Assembly: GCA_021413905.1 (NCBI GenBank)
Contig: JAIOPO010000005.1
Location: 146,957 to 210,956, forward strand
Direction: 5' to 3'
Length of the DNA: 64,000 nucleotides
Source: Candidatus Nomurabacteria bacterium
GTDB lineage: Bacteria; Patescibacteriota; Minisyncoccia; Phycocordibacterales; UBA9973
Shown here: positions 19,101 to 27,788 of the stretch, one piece after another
How the letters are laid out: the number at the start of each line of letters is the position of its first letter
Position numbering within the stretch: the stretch's first letter is position 1
Notes under the pieces: model-generated
What the model was told of the DNA's origin: nothing
The model's input: the letters and a program-made list of their open reading frames with translations, nothing else
The model's database searches: none
Made by a program: the position numbers and the translations under genes

Positions 19101-20282
19101 GGTTTTCTCAAGGAGATATTCGATCTTTACATCAACAGCGAAAACGAAAAAGAGATTGCGTATATTGCAAACGGTCTTTTGATTACTTCCCACGCCAACG
19201 CCGACGCTATTAACTGGCGACTCGAGGAAATAAAGAAACGCCCATTTGCTTCAAGTCTTCGACCTTACGGAGTAGTCCATAATGTTGGAGTAGAAGAAAA
19301 CGAGTTGCGTCACGATAAGCCGTTTGCCAAGCCACTCTCCGAACTCAAATATTCGGGATTTGAAGAAAAATATCTCGAACTGCTTGATAGCGCGATTGAG
19401 GTCTGGTCTCGTGGGAAGCAGTTTCAGGAGTACGCACAATATATGTGGGAAATCGTGCATTCCTATTTTGAAAATCTCAAAGAGGATCGAGACTACAGAC
19501 CGCTCAGAATGCTCGAAGAAAAAATTGCTACGCTCAAAAATAAAGAAGGGGCAAACTGGCTCGCTTCAAGCATGGTTCGCTTGCGCCGTTCGTATTTGGC
19601 GTATCTTGGAAAGCCGAAGAATTTCTCTGAGGCAATTCGTAACTACAACAAGGCACGAACATTTGAGGAAAAGAAAATCCGCAATTCTGCCGATTTGTTC
19701 CATCACTTACAAGACGTAATCAGTACCGAAATAAAACAATGGGTTGTTGACGATGGAGCATACAATATCATCGTCTCGAAAAAGAAGTACGCAAAAGAAA
19801 ATAAGGAATATGAAAAGCTTGTGCAAATGACAATCGGATCTGAAATCAGTAACGCATGCAGAGGACGCGGTTTTAGAATTGATCTGGCTCGCGAACAGCA
19901 GAAGCTCGATGGGAAGAAAACAGATTTCATTGTCCGTTACGGCTTCGTGGGTCCTATCGTACTCGAAGTGAAGCTCGGCTCCAGTTCGGATTTAAAAATG
20001 AAAAATCCTGAGAATTCAAAATCCTACGAGAGTATGGGAAATTACATGAAGGGATACGGTGCTTCACACGGTATTTTCCTGATCATGGATGACACTGGCG
20101 CAAAGCACATTATGAGAGCAAAGGAAGTGTTCAACCGTATCCCGAGCGTATCAGCAATGGTTCTCGACTGCTTCACTCCGGCGACAAAAAACCAAGCTCG
20201 AAAAACATCGACAACCAAGAAAAAATTAACAAAGAAAAAGTCTGTTGAAAAAACCAAAAAGGCTACTGCGAAAAAATCATAA
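16200..20282 (+). CDS. STAND/NACHT-like NTPase with helical repeats and C-terminal PD-(D/E)xK nuclease (probable antiphage NLR-like protein)
   Basis: Walker A GEPGVGKT, Walker B LILDALDE, LSSR sensor, FENAEFQEYLAA winged-helix motif, C-terminal TDFIV...VLEVK. Confidence 0.8.
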   Translation: MDQYIQPITKVFTSFEEAKNDVDQNGHSSLFIDDRKILSLTDLAQGNRNLIVGEPGVGKTELLKKFKAHHDTLGDKTCLVNLRIGSPIEQIDSFLKETTTAKKVLILDALDEVRSSIFPNVLQKIETVSKENPDLIIYLSSRWIFVSKYANSFPDFRFIRILPFSTWQVKKYLMHAGHTEADVDALLARIMHFNHGKLLVQIPRYLFFLVAFIKDKTIANVSQISRNELFEYFIYSKLDIEDKNLNTDTKAVIKRILEKLALTMEIYQANTITKDELMTFFDDIESDLKLTVLSHITLEVFYAKTILQESTQDLNSVEFENAEFQEYLAAKEITRFSEPHRVAFDFAVEENIDEILPSWFNTLTFLVDMIPDILEQLLEFSGLRSGTFKIADEGFLNFLGRVNPTSISSEFRSRIFMDVINYHEKTLQWIPGQLTHSLPGFFSIALEADLKRLAESAEKETGTNYFVKLGNIAYTVAYLFDAKVALDKPYWREKLISYTKDKNENGVLQRHALLALEKLGDPTVIDELPNLLLGNDELVAREFVSACIALDPDHPKSVIYAMQLIKDGELSGRYGLFEMKKKSSIVAFFKEYIKDDKFRKEFLDDVPILGEQDVALVKNIEAILDDEIAELCKEVIAKSIESYLHQSIDQSAFVNGLFQLLKKRDSGFISEIVRRLHKDDEKKHTLYFAQETFARILGKDDIVPFLGVMIELGQQKMAMDTMVRIKYSKRDACEEMFEFGRSKLPTEYAEWEAAIQRGTPPADTSRTDKMLKEFRLYLQPKKGEFTMGVFHHYIHAADTLDPLLTKKDKDRLIELITGSVLNQNPTAHGFTIQSEHPDGGTQRYTTSQVVQMFGDALRAAQRLGVDITPYRKNIALYIPFAYSEELKTIFELIKDFKPDELDPVIAIYQEKKDDLWRHQPESFANLAQQYHLVAAVPVLRDFVKESRFRIYNRCEMLRIIDSLAPDAGFLKEIFDLYINSENEKEIAYIANGLLITSHANADAINWRLEEIKKRPFASSLRPYGVVHNVGVEENELRHDKPFAKPLSELKYSGFEEKYLELLDSAIEVWSRGKQFQEYAQYMWEIVHSYFENLKEDRDYRPLRMLEEKIATLKNKEGANWLASSMVRLRRSYLAYLGKPKNFSEAIRNYNKARTFEEKKIRNSADLFHHLQDVISTEIKQWVVDDGAYNIIVSKKKYAKENKEYEKLVQMTIGSEISNACRGRGFRIDLAREQQKLDGKKTDFIVRYGFVGPIVLEVKLGSSSDLKMKNPENSKSYESMGNYMKGYGASHGIFLIMDDTGAKHIMRAKEVFNRIPSVSAMVLDCFTPATKNQARKTSTTKKKLTKKKSVEKTKKATAKKS

Positions 20283-20648
20283 TTCGATTTCATTCTTGAA
20301 CGTGTCGAGCGCCATCTCGAACGCATCGAGTCGCGTGCCGGTGCATAGCCCTCCGCACAAGCTGTCTTCGCCATCTGCCATGGCTTTTTCGCTCTCATAT
20401 ATTTCGTACATATATCCCTCGTTCATCTCGCTCCACTCGATTGAAATATACAGTGGCTTTTCGGCCGTGCTGTGTTTTTTACACCACAGACTGTCATCCG
20501 TCGCTCGCTCGGGACAGATGCGACAAAACTCCCAGTCTTTCCGATCCTCCACGTTCACTTTCTCCCAACATCCGTCGCACAGTCCGTTCTCGAACGGCTC
20601 GCTCATCGAGTTCGACGGACATCCTTTCTGTTTGCAAAAATATGCCAT
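20277..20648 (-). CDS. Small Cys-rich acidic hypothetical protein
   Basis: Several Cys pairs (CxxxxC, CxxC); directly downstream of the recombinase stop. Confidence 0.6.
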   Translation of the reverse strand: MAYFCKQKGCPSNSMSEPFENGLCDGCWEKVNVEDRKDWEFCRICPERATDDSLWCKKHSTAEKPLYISIEWSEMNEGYMYEIYESEKAMADGEDSLCGGLCTGTRLDAFEMALDTFKNEIEL

Positions 20649-20649
20649 G

Positions 20650-21993
20650 TTATTTTTCTTCGTTTTCTTTTAGTAAAGTAATTTTCTTGTTGTTCAGTAC
20701 CAATCTCGTCCGCAGGTGACCCATCAGCTCGCGCTTCTCAAGCGGCGTACCCTCGCGGAGGACGTACTTCGCGTACTCTCTTGTATTCACATCGTCCTCG
20801 TTGATTGAATACTTCGGTGTACCTTTGGTCGCCAGTCGTTGTAGCCGGTTGAATCGTTTGATTTCTTCCTCCAGTTTCATTCGCATTCCCAGTTCATTGA
20901 TGCTCACTTGATCAATTACCTTGAACAGTTCCTCGATCAATTCTTCCTCGCGGATGTATTTGTTCTTGCAGTTGCGATCTCTTGCCTTCGAGCAGGAGTA
21001 GTAGACATACTTGGCCGTCGTCGTGTCTTTTAGCTCCTTGTACTTCTCCTGCGCCGTGATACCCGAGCCACATAGTCCGCAGGTAAACAATTTCGTGAAT
21101 GCGAATTCTCGATTTTCTCGCACAATCTTGTCTCGTTTCAGTTGCTCTTGTGCTTTCTCGTACAGTTCTTTCGTTATGATCGGCTCATGCTTCCCGTCGT
21201 ACCAATTGCCGGAGTCTCGGGGATACTCGAATGGTCCGTAGTAAATCGGCATGTTGAATATTCGGTACACTCCGCTCAGTGTCAGCGGCCGATTTCCTCT
21301 GGTGTGGAAATTCAGATCGAATCTGAGCCAGTTGTACACCTTTCGTCCGCTCCACCCCTCGTATGCCACTTTCTCGAACATTTTCCGGACGATCGGGGCG
21401 CGGTCGGGGTCGATTGCGATCTGGCATTTCCGGTCGAGCAGTTTCTGGTTCAGATACCCAAGCGGTGCCATGCCCGGCCAGAGTCCCATCTCAACCCTCG
21501 TTCGCAGTCCGCGCTTCACGTTAATGCCTCGGTTGTCGTTTTCGAGCTTCGCTTGCGAGCCGAGAATCATGAGCAGGAATTTCTCGTTCGGGTTGTTTCC
21601 GAACGTCTGCCCGAAGGTGCGTATCTGGTGCAATTTTCCCGCGTCCATGAGGTCGACAATTTTCCCGAGGTCACCCGCGTTTCTACTAATTCGATCCGGT
21701 GCCCATGTCAGGATGCCGTTGAACTTTCCGGCTCGCAGTTCGTCGATGATCTCGTTGAACACTGGCCGCTGACCCGTCTCTTTCGCGCTGTGACTCTCAC
21801 GCTTCATGGTCACAATCTCCAACCCCTCGCGCTCGGCCAGTTGGAGCATCTCCTTGATCTGGCTGTCGATGCTGAGCACCTGCCTCTCTTCCGACTCTGT
21901 CGATTTTCTCGCGTAGAGGCAGTATTTCATCTTGATCGGGATGACTACTTTGGCCGTCGTCCCTAATGGCGCTTGCGTTTGTGTATGGTTCAT
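20650..21993 (-). CDS. Large serine recombinase (resolvase + recombinase + Zn ribbon), E1
   Basis: YCLYARKS catalytic Ser motif, DRISRN, CGLCG...YYSC. Start taken at ATG 21993 by alignment with the E2 and E3 copies. Confidence 0.93.
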   Translation of the reverse strand: MNHTQTQAPLGTTAKVVIPIKMKYCLYARKSTESEERQVLSIDSQIKEMLQLAEREGLEIVTMKRESHSAKETGQRPVFNEIIDELRAGKFNGILTWAPDRISRNAGDLGKIVDLMDAGKLHQIRTFGQTFGNNPNEKFLLMILGSQAKLENDNRGINVKRGLRTRVEMGLWPGMAPLGYLNQKLLDRKCQIAIDPDRAPIVRKMFEKVAYEGWSGRKVYNWLRFDLNFHTRGNRPLTLSGVYRIFNMPIYYGPFEYPRDSGNWYDGKHEPIITKELYEKAQEQLKRDKIVRENREFAFTKLFTCGLCGSGITAQEKYKELKDTTTAKYVYYSCSKARDRNCKNKYIREEELIEELFKVIDQVSINELGMRMKLEEEIKRFNRLQRLATKGTPKYSINEDDVNTREYAKYVLREGTPLEKRELMGHLRTRLVLNNKKITLLKENEEK

Positions 21994-22049
21994 ACATCTA
22001 CAGGAATGACGCAATACCGCTATGGAGTCCAGAGCGTCCCGAGTGGTAG

Positions 22050-22060
22050 GTGTTGGTAAC
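22050..22060. repeat. GTGTTGGTAAC site upstream of recombinase (left bound of E1 insert)
   Basis: Same 10-11-mer at 27696, 39189, 54792 and 58455. Confidence 0.85.
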
Positions 22061-22083
22061 TTTTTTCTTGATATACTCACTAT

Positions 22084-22497
22084 ATGTCATACAAAGAACG
22101 AGCGCAGAGTTGGTACAAGCGTGCGATAATGGAAACCGATGAGTTCCTAAAATTCGTCCTACTCTTCATTGCAGTAGAAGCATTGCTTGAAGGGCAAAAA
22201 ATATATGCACTGAAAACCAAACCTAGATTATTAGAGACAATCGACCCGAAAGACATATCGATTCTTCGAGAGGCCTTAGATGCAAGACCACACCAAAATA
22301 TGGACGCGGATGGAGACCAAACATGGAACGGTAGATTGGAAAGTGATACGGACTGGATTGGAATTATTCTATTCTTAGCCCGAGCGAGAAATAATCTTTT
22401 TCATGGCGATAAGGCGTACGACGAGGAACGCGATATCTTTATTGTTACATACGGGAATAAAATGATTGAACCGATCGTAAAAAATTTACTTTCATAA
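22084..22497 (+). CDS. HEPN-domain protein (putative RNase)
   Basis: N-terminal helix FIAVEAL and RNNLFHG (RxxxxH). Confidence 0.7.
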   Translation: MSYKERAQSWYKRAIMETDEFLKFVLLFIAVEALLEGQKIYALKTKPRLLETIDPKDISILREALDARPHQNMDADGDQTWNGRLESDTDWIGIILFLARARNNLFHGDKAYDEERDIFIVTYGNKMIEPIVKNLLS

Positions 22498-22821
22498 AAT
22501 ATCAAAAGGATTAAACTCTCGAATTTCTTTTTCAAGTCGATCCATTTCTTTCAGCATCCGCATCATGATTTTAATCGACCGCTTTTTCTTCTGTTCACCA
22601 TGTAGCCCAAGCAAATACTCGGCATCTTCATCGGGGATGAATGACGCGAGCGATATATATGAGGCGCACAAAAGTTGAATGCGCTCCTTGATGGCGCGTT
22701 TCAAATTCCGTTTCGATTCCGGCAAATCCGAAATTTTGTTGAACGCGTATCTTGGCTCGGATTCGTTATTATCGTATTTAAAATGTTGGCTGGCCTTAAT
22801 GACCTCTTCGATGTCGTCCAC
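22492..22821 (-). CDS. Hypothetical protein
   Basis: 109-aa ORF convergent with the HEPN gene. Confidence 0.55.
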   Translation of the reverse strand: MDDIEEVIKASQHFKYDNNESEPRYAFNKISDLPESKRNLKRAIKERIQLLCASYISLASFIPDEDAEYLLGLHGEQKKKRSIKIMMRMLKEMDRLEKEIREFNPFDIL

Positions 22822-22879
22822 ACCCCATTGGATGACACAGACGGCACAGAATACCTAAGCCTGTCGGAGTTAGTAACTA

Positions 22880-23473
22880 TTACTCGCAAATTCCAGAAGA
22901 TACTTGCAAAGTTCCGCTATCAGAAAAAATACACATCGGGAGTTTCGTCGTATGGTCGTAGACGGTGATACCGCTTGGCTGACCTGTTGATCCGACCGTC
23001 AATTGCCCCATGCTCGCAGTTCCAAATCCTGCGGTGCCGGAAACAGACAAATCGGTATTGATGGTTAGAGAATTTACCGTCCCCGTATCAGTCCTAAAAT
23101 CACTAGCGGAAAGACTGCTCGCGCTGAAGTAGGTTGACGACCCATCAGTCGCGGCTGGAATATAGATAGACTGCAATCCTTGCTTGTCTGGATCATACGT
23201 TAGATTGTTTGAAAATCTGAGAAGTGCGGAGAGTTTATCTTTCGAAATCGTTTGCTCGATCAGCTTATTAAAAACACCTGTGGCGAGATTTGAAATGGAA
23301 TCGTCGGTATAAACTTTCGGGGGAACAATCTTAACTGGAGTCACCTTGCTCTTTATCGGAGCGACCACCTGTTTTGTCGCACTGCCTGTGACGGCGAATG
23401 CCGTGTGTATTTCCGTTGCTGAAAATACAGTGATTAATAAAATGGTAATTGATAGTAATAAAGTTTTACGCAT
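22880..23473 (-). CDS. Secreted hypothetical protein
   Basis: N-terminal signal peptide; S/T-rich; divergent from the znu operon. Confidence 0.7.
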   Translation of the reverse strand: MRKTLLLSITILLITVFSATEIHTAFAVTGSATKQVVAPIKSKVTPVKIVPPKVYTDDSISNLATGVFNKLIEQTISKDKLSALLRFSNNLTYDPDKQGLQSIYIPAATDGSSTYFSASSLSASDFRTDTGTVNSLTINTDLSVSGTAGFGTASMGQLTVGSTGQPSGITVYDHTTKLPMCIFSDSGTLQVSSGICE

Positions 23474-23486
23474 CGCTTAATTTAAT

Positions 23487-23567
23487 TGCAAATAGTTTGC
23501 ATTAGTAATAATGATCCGAGTGTAATCCACAGATAATAGTAAGTCAAGTAGTTGCAAACAATTTGCA
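23487..23567. promoter_or_regulatory. Two palindromic Fur/Zur-type operators in divergent promoter
   Basis: TGCAAA-TAG-TTTGCA (23487-23501) and TGCAAA-CAA-TTTGCA (23553-23567); a Fur-family gene lies in the operon. Confidence 0.65.
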
Positions 23568-23631
23568 TTTGTATTATTATAGCCTTGCTGTTGTCATTTC
23601 ACTTATAAGCTATTAATAACTAATAAAAGTC

Positions 23632-24558
23632 ATGAATAAAAAATATGCAATCGGGCTTGTTCTCGGAATAGCGTTCATTGGGATTCTTACTTTGGTAATA
23701 AAAGATGGAAAACATGCCCCATCGGCATCGGTCGGTAAAATACAGGTTTCCACGAGCTTCTATCCTCTCTACTACTTCGCAAGCCGTATTGGTGGCGATA
23801 AAGCAGTCGTGACAAACATCACGCCCGCCGGAGCAGAGCCGCACGACTATGAGCCGACCCCGGGTGCTATCGCGGGAATTGAGAATAGCAAACTTCTCGT
23901 ACTCCAAGGTACTGGTCTTGAGGCATGGGGTGCTGATGTAAAAAAGAATATCGACCCGAACAAAACAACCGTCATCACTGTCGGACAAGACTTGATGACT
24001 CAGAACGTGGTTGAAGATGGAAATACTGTCATTGATCCGCATACATGGCTCGCACCGACGCTTGCCGAGAAAATGGCTGACAAGATTCTTGCTGGATATG
24101 TTTCTGTCGATCCTGCGAATGAAGCGTACTACCAAGAGAATGAGGCACAACTCAAAGCCGAGCTTGCTAGTCTTGATTCTGAATACAAACAAGGACTTGC
24201 AAGCTGTGCATCGAAAGACATTGTTACCTCGCACGCCGCCTTCGGATATCTCGCTACCGTCTATGGTCTCAATCAAGTTCCAATTTCAGGTGTTTCGCCC
24301 GATGCCGAGCCATCACCCAAACAGCTCGCCGATGTTGCCGATTTTGTAAAAAAGAACGGCGTGAAGTATATTTTCTTCGAGAGCTTGGTTTCTCCAAAGC
24401 TGTCCGAGACAATCGCTCGCGAAACAGGTGCACAAACGATGGTGCTTGATCCCATTGAGGGCATCACCCCCGAAGACCTCGCGAAAGGTATAGACTATAT
24501 GAGCGTCATGCGAAGCAATCTGCATAATCTTGAAACAGTACTCGAATGCAAAGCGTAA
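23632..24558 (+). CDS. znuA: Zinc ABC transporter substrate-binding protein
   Basis: GAEPHDYEP, DPHTWL, HAAFGYL, FFESL. Confidence 0.92.
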   Translation: MNKKYAIGLVLGIAFIGILTLVIKDGKHAPSASVGKIQVSTSFYPLYYFASRIGGDKAVVTNITPAGAEPHDYEPTPGAIAGIENSKLLVLQGTGLEAWGADVKKNIDPNKTTVITVGQDLMTQNVVEDGNTVIDPHTWLAPTLAEKMADKILAGYVSVDPANEAYYQENEAQLKAELASLDSEYKQGLASCASKDIVTSHAAFGYLATVYGLNQVPISGVSPDAEPSPKQLADVADFVKKNGVKYIFFESLVSPKLSETIARETGAQTMVLDPIEGITPEDLAKGIDYMSVMRSNLHNLETVLECKA

Positions 24559-25319
24559 ACCATTCAAAAAACATAGTTGAAGTTAAAAACGTATCATTTT
24601 CATATGGGTCTGAACTCGTGCTTGAAAACATCAGCTTCGATGTCCACGAAGGTGATTATCTCGGTATAGTGGGTCCTAATGGTGCGGGCAAGACGACACT
24701 CTTGAAAATCATGCTTGGGCTTTTGAAACCCGCGAGCGGTTCAATCAGCTTGTTCGGTACGTCACTATCGGATTTCAAGGACTGGCGAAAGATCGGCTAT
24801 GTTCCGCAAAAAGCAACTAATTTTGATTCCGGTTTTCCGGTGAGTGTGTACGATGTCGTCCTGATGGGATGTTACAACTACAAAGGTCTGTGTTGTCGTA
24901 TCAATACGGGAGACTGTTCCATTGTGGAACGCGTACTAAAGCAGGTTGGCATGTGGGAGTATAGAGATCGTCTGATTGGCGATCTATCCGGTGGACAGCA
25001 ACAGCGCGTGTTCATTGCCCGCGCTCTTGCGACCGAACCGAAAATAATCTTTCTTGATGAACCAACTACCGGAGTAGACAAGAAAATGCACGACGAATTC
25101 TATGACTTGTTGCGTACACTCAACCGTGATGCGGGATTGACGCTTGTGCTTATCTCTCACGATATCGAAAAGATTACCGAAGAAGCCATGCACATCGCCT
25201 GCATTGATCGAACACTTGTCTGTCATACAAGCCCCGAAGAATTTTTGAAGGAAAGCGAATCAAAAAATATGTTTGGTGAAAAAGTTAAAATCGTTAGTCC
25301 GCATCATCACGCCCATTAA
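24546..25319 (+). CDS. znuC: Zinc ABC transporter ATPase
   Basis: GPNGAGKTT, YVPQ, LSGGQQQR, LDEPTTG. Confidence 0.92.
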   Translation: MQSVNHSKNIVEVKNVSFSYGSELVLENISFDVHEGDYLGIVGPNGAGKTTLLKIMLGLLKPASGSISLFGTSLSDFKDWRKIGYVPQKATNFDSGFPVSVYDVVLMGCYNYKGLCCRINTGDCSIVERVLKQVGMWEYRDRLIGDLSGGQQQRVFIARALATEPKIIFLDEPTTGVDKKMHDEFYDLLRTLNRDAGLTLVLISHDIEKITEEAMHIACIDRTLVCHTSPEEFLKESESKNMFGEKVKIVSPHHHAH

Positions 25320-25323
25320 ATAT

Positions 25324-26118
25324 ATGAATCTTTTTCAGTACACTTTTATTCTTCACGGACTCTCGGCGGGAATCATCGTTGCGGTCATCGCGCCGATGGT
25401 AGGTATTTTTCTTGTGCTTAAACGGTATTCGCTCATTGCCGACACGCTTGCACACGTTTCGCTCGCAGGAATTGCTATTGGTTTACTTGCAGGCATTAAT
25501 CCGGTCTTTACCGCGCTCGGTGCGACCGTGCTTGGTTCGCTCGGTGTAGAACGCCTCCGAATGTCGAAGAATGTCTACGGCGAATCAGCATTGGCGCTCT
25601 TTCTCTCAGGTTCGCTTGCGCTCGCAATTGTGTTGATCTCACTTGCTCGCGGATTCAATACCAACCTCTTCAATTATCTCTTCGGAAGTATTGTGACTGT
25701 CACAATCGGCGATGTGTACACAATCCTTTGCTTGGCGTTTGTCGTGATTGCAATCCTTGCGTTTTTTTACAGAGAAATAATATATGTCACTTTCGATGAG
25801 GATGCGGCGCAGGTTTCGGGTGTTAACACACGACGAATAAACACTATTCTCATTGTTCTCGCGGCACTTGTTGTGTCGCTCTCCATCCCAATTGTCGGAG
25901 TGCTTCTCATTGGAGCATTGATTGTCATCCCTGTCGTTTCCGCGCTTCAGCTCAGAAAGAACTTCATGAAAACAATTCTGTACGCGGAGATAATTTCCAT
26001 CTTCTCTGTCATTATCGGTATCATCGCCTCGTTCTATTTGAACATTTCCGCCGGAGGCGCGATTGTACTTCTCATGCTCGCAATTTTCTTTGGTATCTAT
26101 ATACTTAAAAAGAGATGA
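25324..26118 (+). CDS. znuB: Zinc ABC transporter permease
   Basis: DTLAHVSLAG, YLFGSI, FDED, multiple TM helices. Confidence 0.92.
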   Translation: MNLFQYTFILHGLSAGIIVAVIAPMVGIFLVLKRYSLIADTLAHVSLAGIAIGLLAGINPVFTALGATVLGSLGVERLRMSKNVYGESALALFLSGSLALAIVLISLARGFNTNLFNYLFGSIVTVTIGDVYTILCLAFVVIAILAFFYREIIYVTFDEDAAQVSGVNTRRINTILIVLAALVVSLSIPIVGVLLIGALIVIPVVSALQLRKNFMKTILYAEIISIFSVIIGIIASFYLNISAGGAIVLLMLAIFFGIYILKKR

Positions 26119-26540
26119 AAGCAAAACAAGACTTCAACCAAATACTTCGTACTGCCGGACTAAAATGTACACCGCCTCGCTTGGCAGTGCTCGCTTTTCT
26201 CGCGAGTGGCGGACACTATATTAGTGCACAGGAAATTCATGAAAAATTGGGTAAGAAAAAAGGACTTGACCTTGTAACCGTCTACAGAACGCTCGCTTCA
26301 TTTGAGAAGGCGGGCATCATTAAGCGTGTCGATGTACGCAAGGATGCGATATACTATGAATACAATGAAGGACATCACCACCACATCATTTGCACGAAAT
26401 GCGACAAAGTCGCTGAATTCAGTAATACCGGCGACGAAGCACTTATTGAGAAAGCTCTCAAGCAAGTCAAAGGTTTCAGCTCTATCTCGCACCACTCATT
26501 CGACCTCTTCGGGCTTTGCGACACCTGTGCGAAGAAATAA
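26115..26540 (+). CDS. Fur-family (Zur-like) regulator
   Basis: TPPRLAVL, TVYRTL, HHHHIICTKC, GLCDTC. Confidence 0.9.
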   Translation: MKAKQDFNQILRTAGLKCTPPRLAVLAFLASGGHYISAQEIHEKLGKKKGLDLVTVYRTLASFEKAGIIKRVDVRKDAIYYEYNEGHHHHIICTKCDKVAEFSNTGDEALIEKALKQVKGFSSISHHSFDLFGLCDTCAKK

Positions 26541-27696
26541 GTTAGCGGTTACTCTCGCAGTTTTTGGTCTGCTTGTTTTTTGCGCGAGCGCGATTCCTCA
26601 CAATGCTCACGCTCAGGAACTTATGCAAGATAAGATAACGGTAGTTAGAGCGCGTGTTGATTCCGTTGTTACAAAAGTTCCCGAGGATGTGAAAGGGCTT
26701 GATGTCGCATCTCCCGATCAAACGGTGACGGCTACAATACTTGAGGGCGATCAAGCAGGGCAACAAACCACTTTTGATAATGACTACGTCCAACTGAAAA
26801 GTGGCGATACGTTTTTCCTCAATATCACTGTTCGTGCCGAAGACCAGAGTGTTTATTACAATGTCGAAGATCCTGACAGACTGCCGATACTTGGAATCTT
26901 TGCACTAATTTTTGTTCTCCTTGTGATTCTCATTGGTGGCAAGCAAGGTGTGCGCGGACTTGTCACACTGCTCGGCAGTTTCGTCCTTATTCTCTATGTT
27001 CTCGTTCCGGGCATCCTTCACGGCTATTCTCCGATTCTGATCGCCATCGGAGTATCTTCACTCATTATTATCATCGGTTCATATGTTACGCATGGATTCA
27101 ACAAGACGACATCGTGTGCAGTAGCTGGTATGATTGCCACCGTCATCGTGACAGGAATTCTTGCATACATTGCTGTACACGCAGGACGATTCACTGGATA
27201 CGGCACGGAGGAAGCCACATATCTCAGTATGAATGCGCGCGGGCATATAGACATGCTCGGACTTTTACTCGGAGGAATCATGATCGGGCTTCTCGGCGTA
27301 CTCTATGATGTCGCTATCAGCCAAGCAATAACTGTCGAGGAACTGCATCATATTGCTCCGCATATTGGGAAAGGCGTTATTTTCAAACGCTCCATGCGTG
27401 TCGGGCGCGAACATATTGGTGCACTCGTGAACACTCTTGCAATCGCATATGTCGGTGCCTCACTTCCGCTCTTACTTTTGTTCGCTACACCGCCAGTCGA
27501 TGTCATGCTCACGGTGAATCGAGAAATCTTTGCCGCAGAAATTATCCGTATTCTCATCGGTAGTATTGGACTTGTGCTTGCTGTGCCAATCGTGACGGCT
27601 CTTGCCGTAATGGTTTTGGTTAAAGTAAAAAAAGTTGATGACTCGACAAAAAGGGAGGAGTATAAGGCACTTGAGCATTATTCGCATCATCACTAG
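26527..27696 (+). CDS. YibE/F-family membrane protein
   Basis: IGLLGVLYDVAISQ, GREHIGALVNTLAIAYVGASLPL; probable GTG start at 26527. Confidence 0.85.
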   Translation: MRRNKLAVTLAVFGLLVFCASAIPHNAHAQELMQDKITVVRARVDSVVTKVPEDVKGLDVASPDQTVTATILEGDQAGQQTTFDNDYVQLKSGDTFFLNITVRAEDQSVYYNVEDPDRLPILGIFALIFVLLVILIGGKQGVRGLVTLLGSFVLILYVLVPGILHGYSPILIAIGVSSLIIIIGSYVTHGFNKTTSCAVAGMIATVIVTGILAYIAVHAGRFTGYGTEEATYLSMNARGHIDMLGLLLGGIMIGLLGVLYDVAISQAITVEELHHIAPHIGKGVIFKRSMRVGREHIGALVNTLAIAYVGASLPLLLLFATPPVDVMLTVNREIFAAEIIRILIGSIGLVLAVPIVTALAVMVLVKVKKVDDSTKREEYKALEHYSHHH

Positions 27697-27706
27697 TGTT
27701 GGTAAC
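27696..27706. repeat. GTGTTGGTAAC site (right bound of E1 insert)
   Basis: Overlaps the YibE/F stop codon; followed by CTCGCTACACAATAA as at 58465. Confidence 0.85.
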
Positions 27707-27788
27707 CTCGCTACACAATAATCCCGATCCGAGCTAAGATGGTCGAACCTCGAAAAATGAGGTATAATTTGTTCACAAATTAATAGGT

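Noticed and set aside
26302-26526. Long N-terminal extensions given by the ORF track for YibE/F, recombinase E1 (to 22080), 27824 and CsoR (to 53404)
   Set aside because: They overlap neighbouring genes, the RNA motif or operators; downstream starts match the homologous copies.
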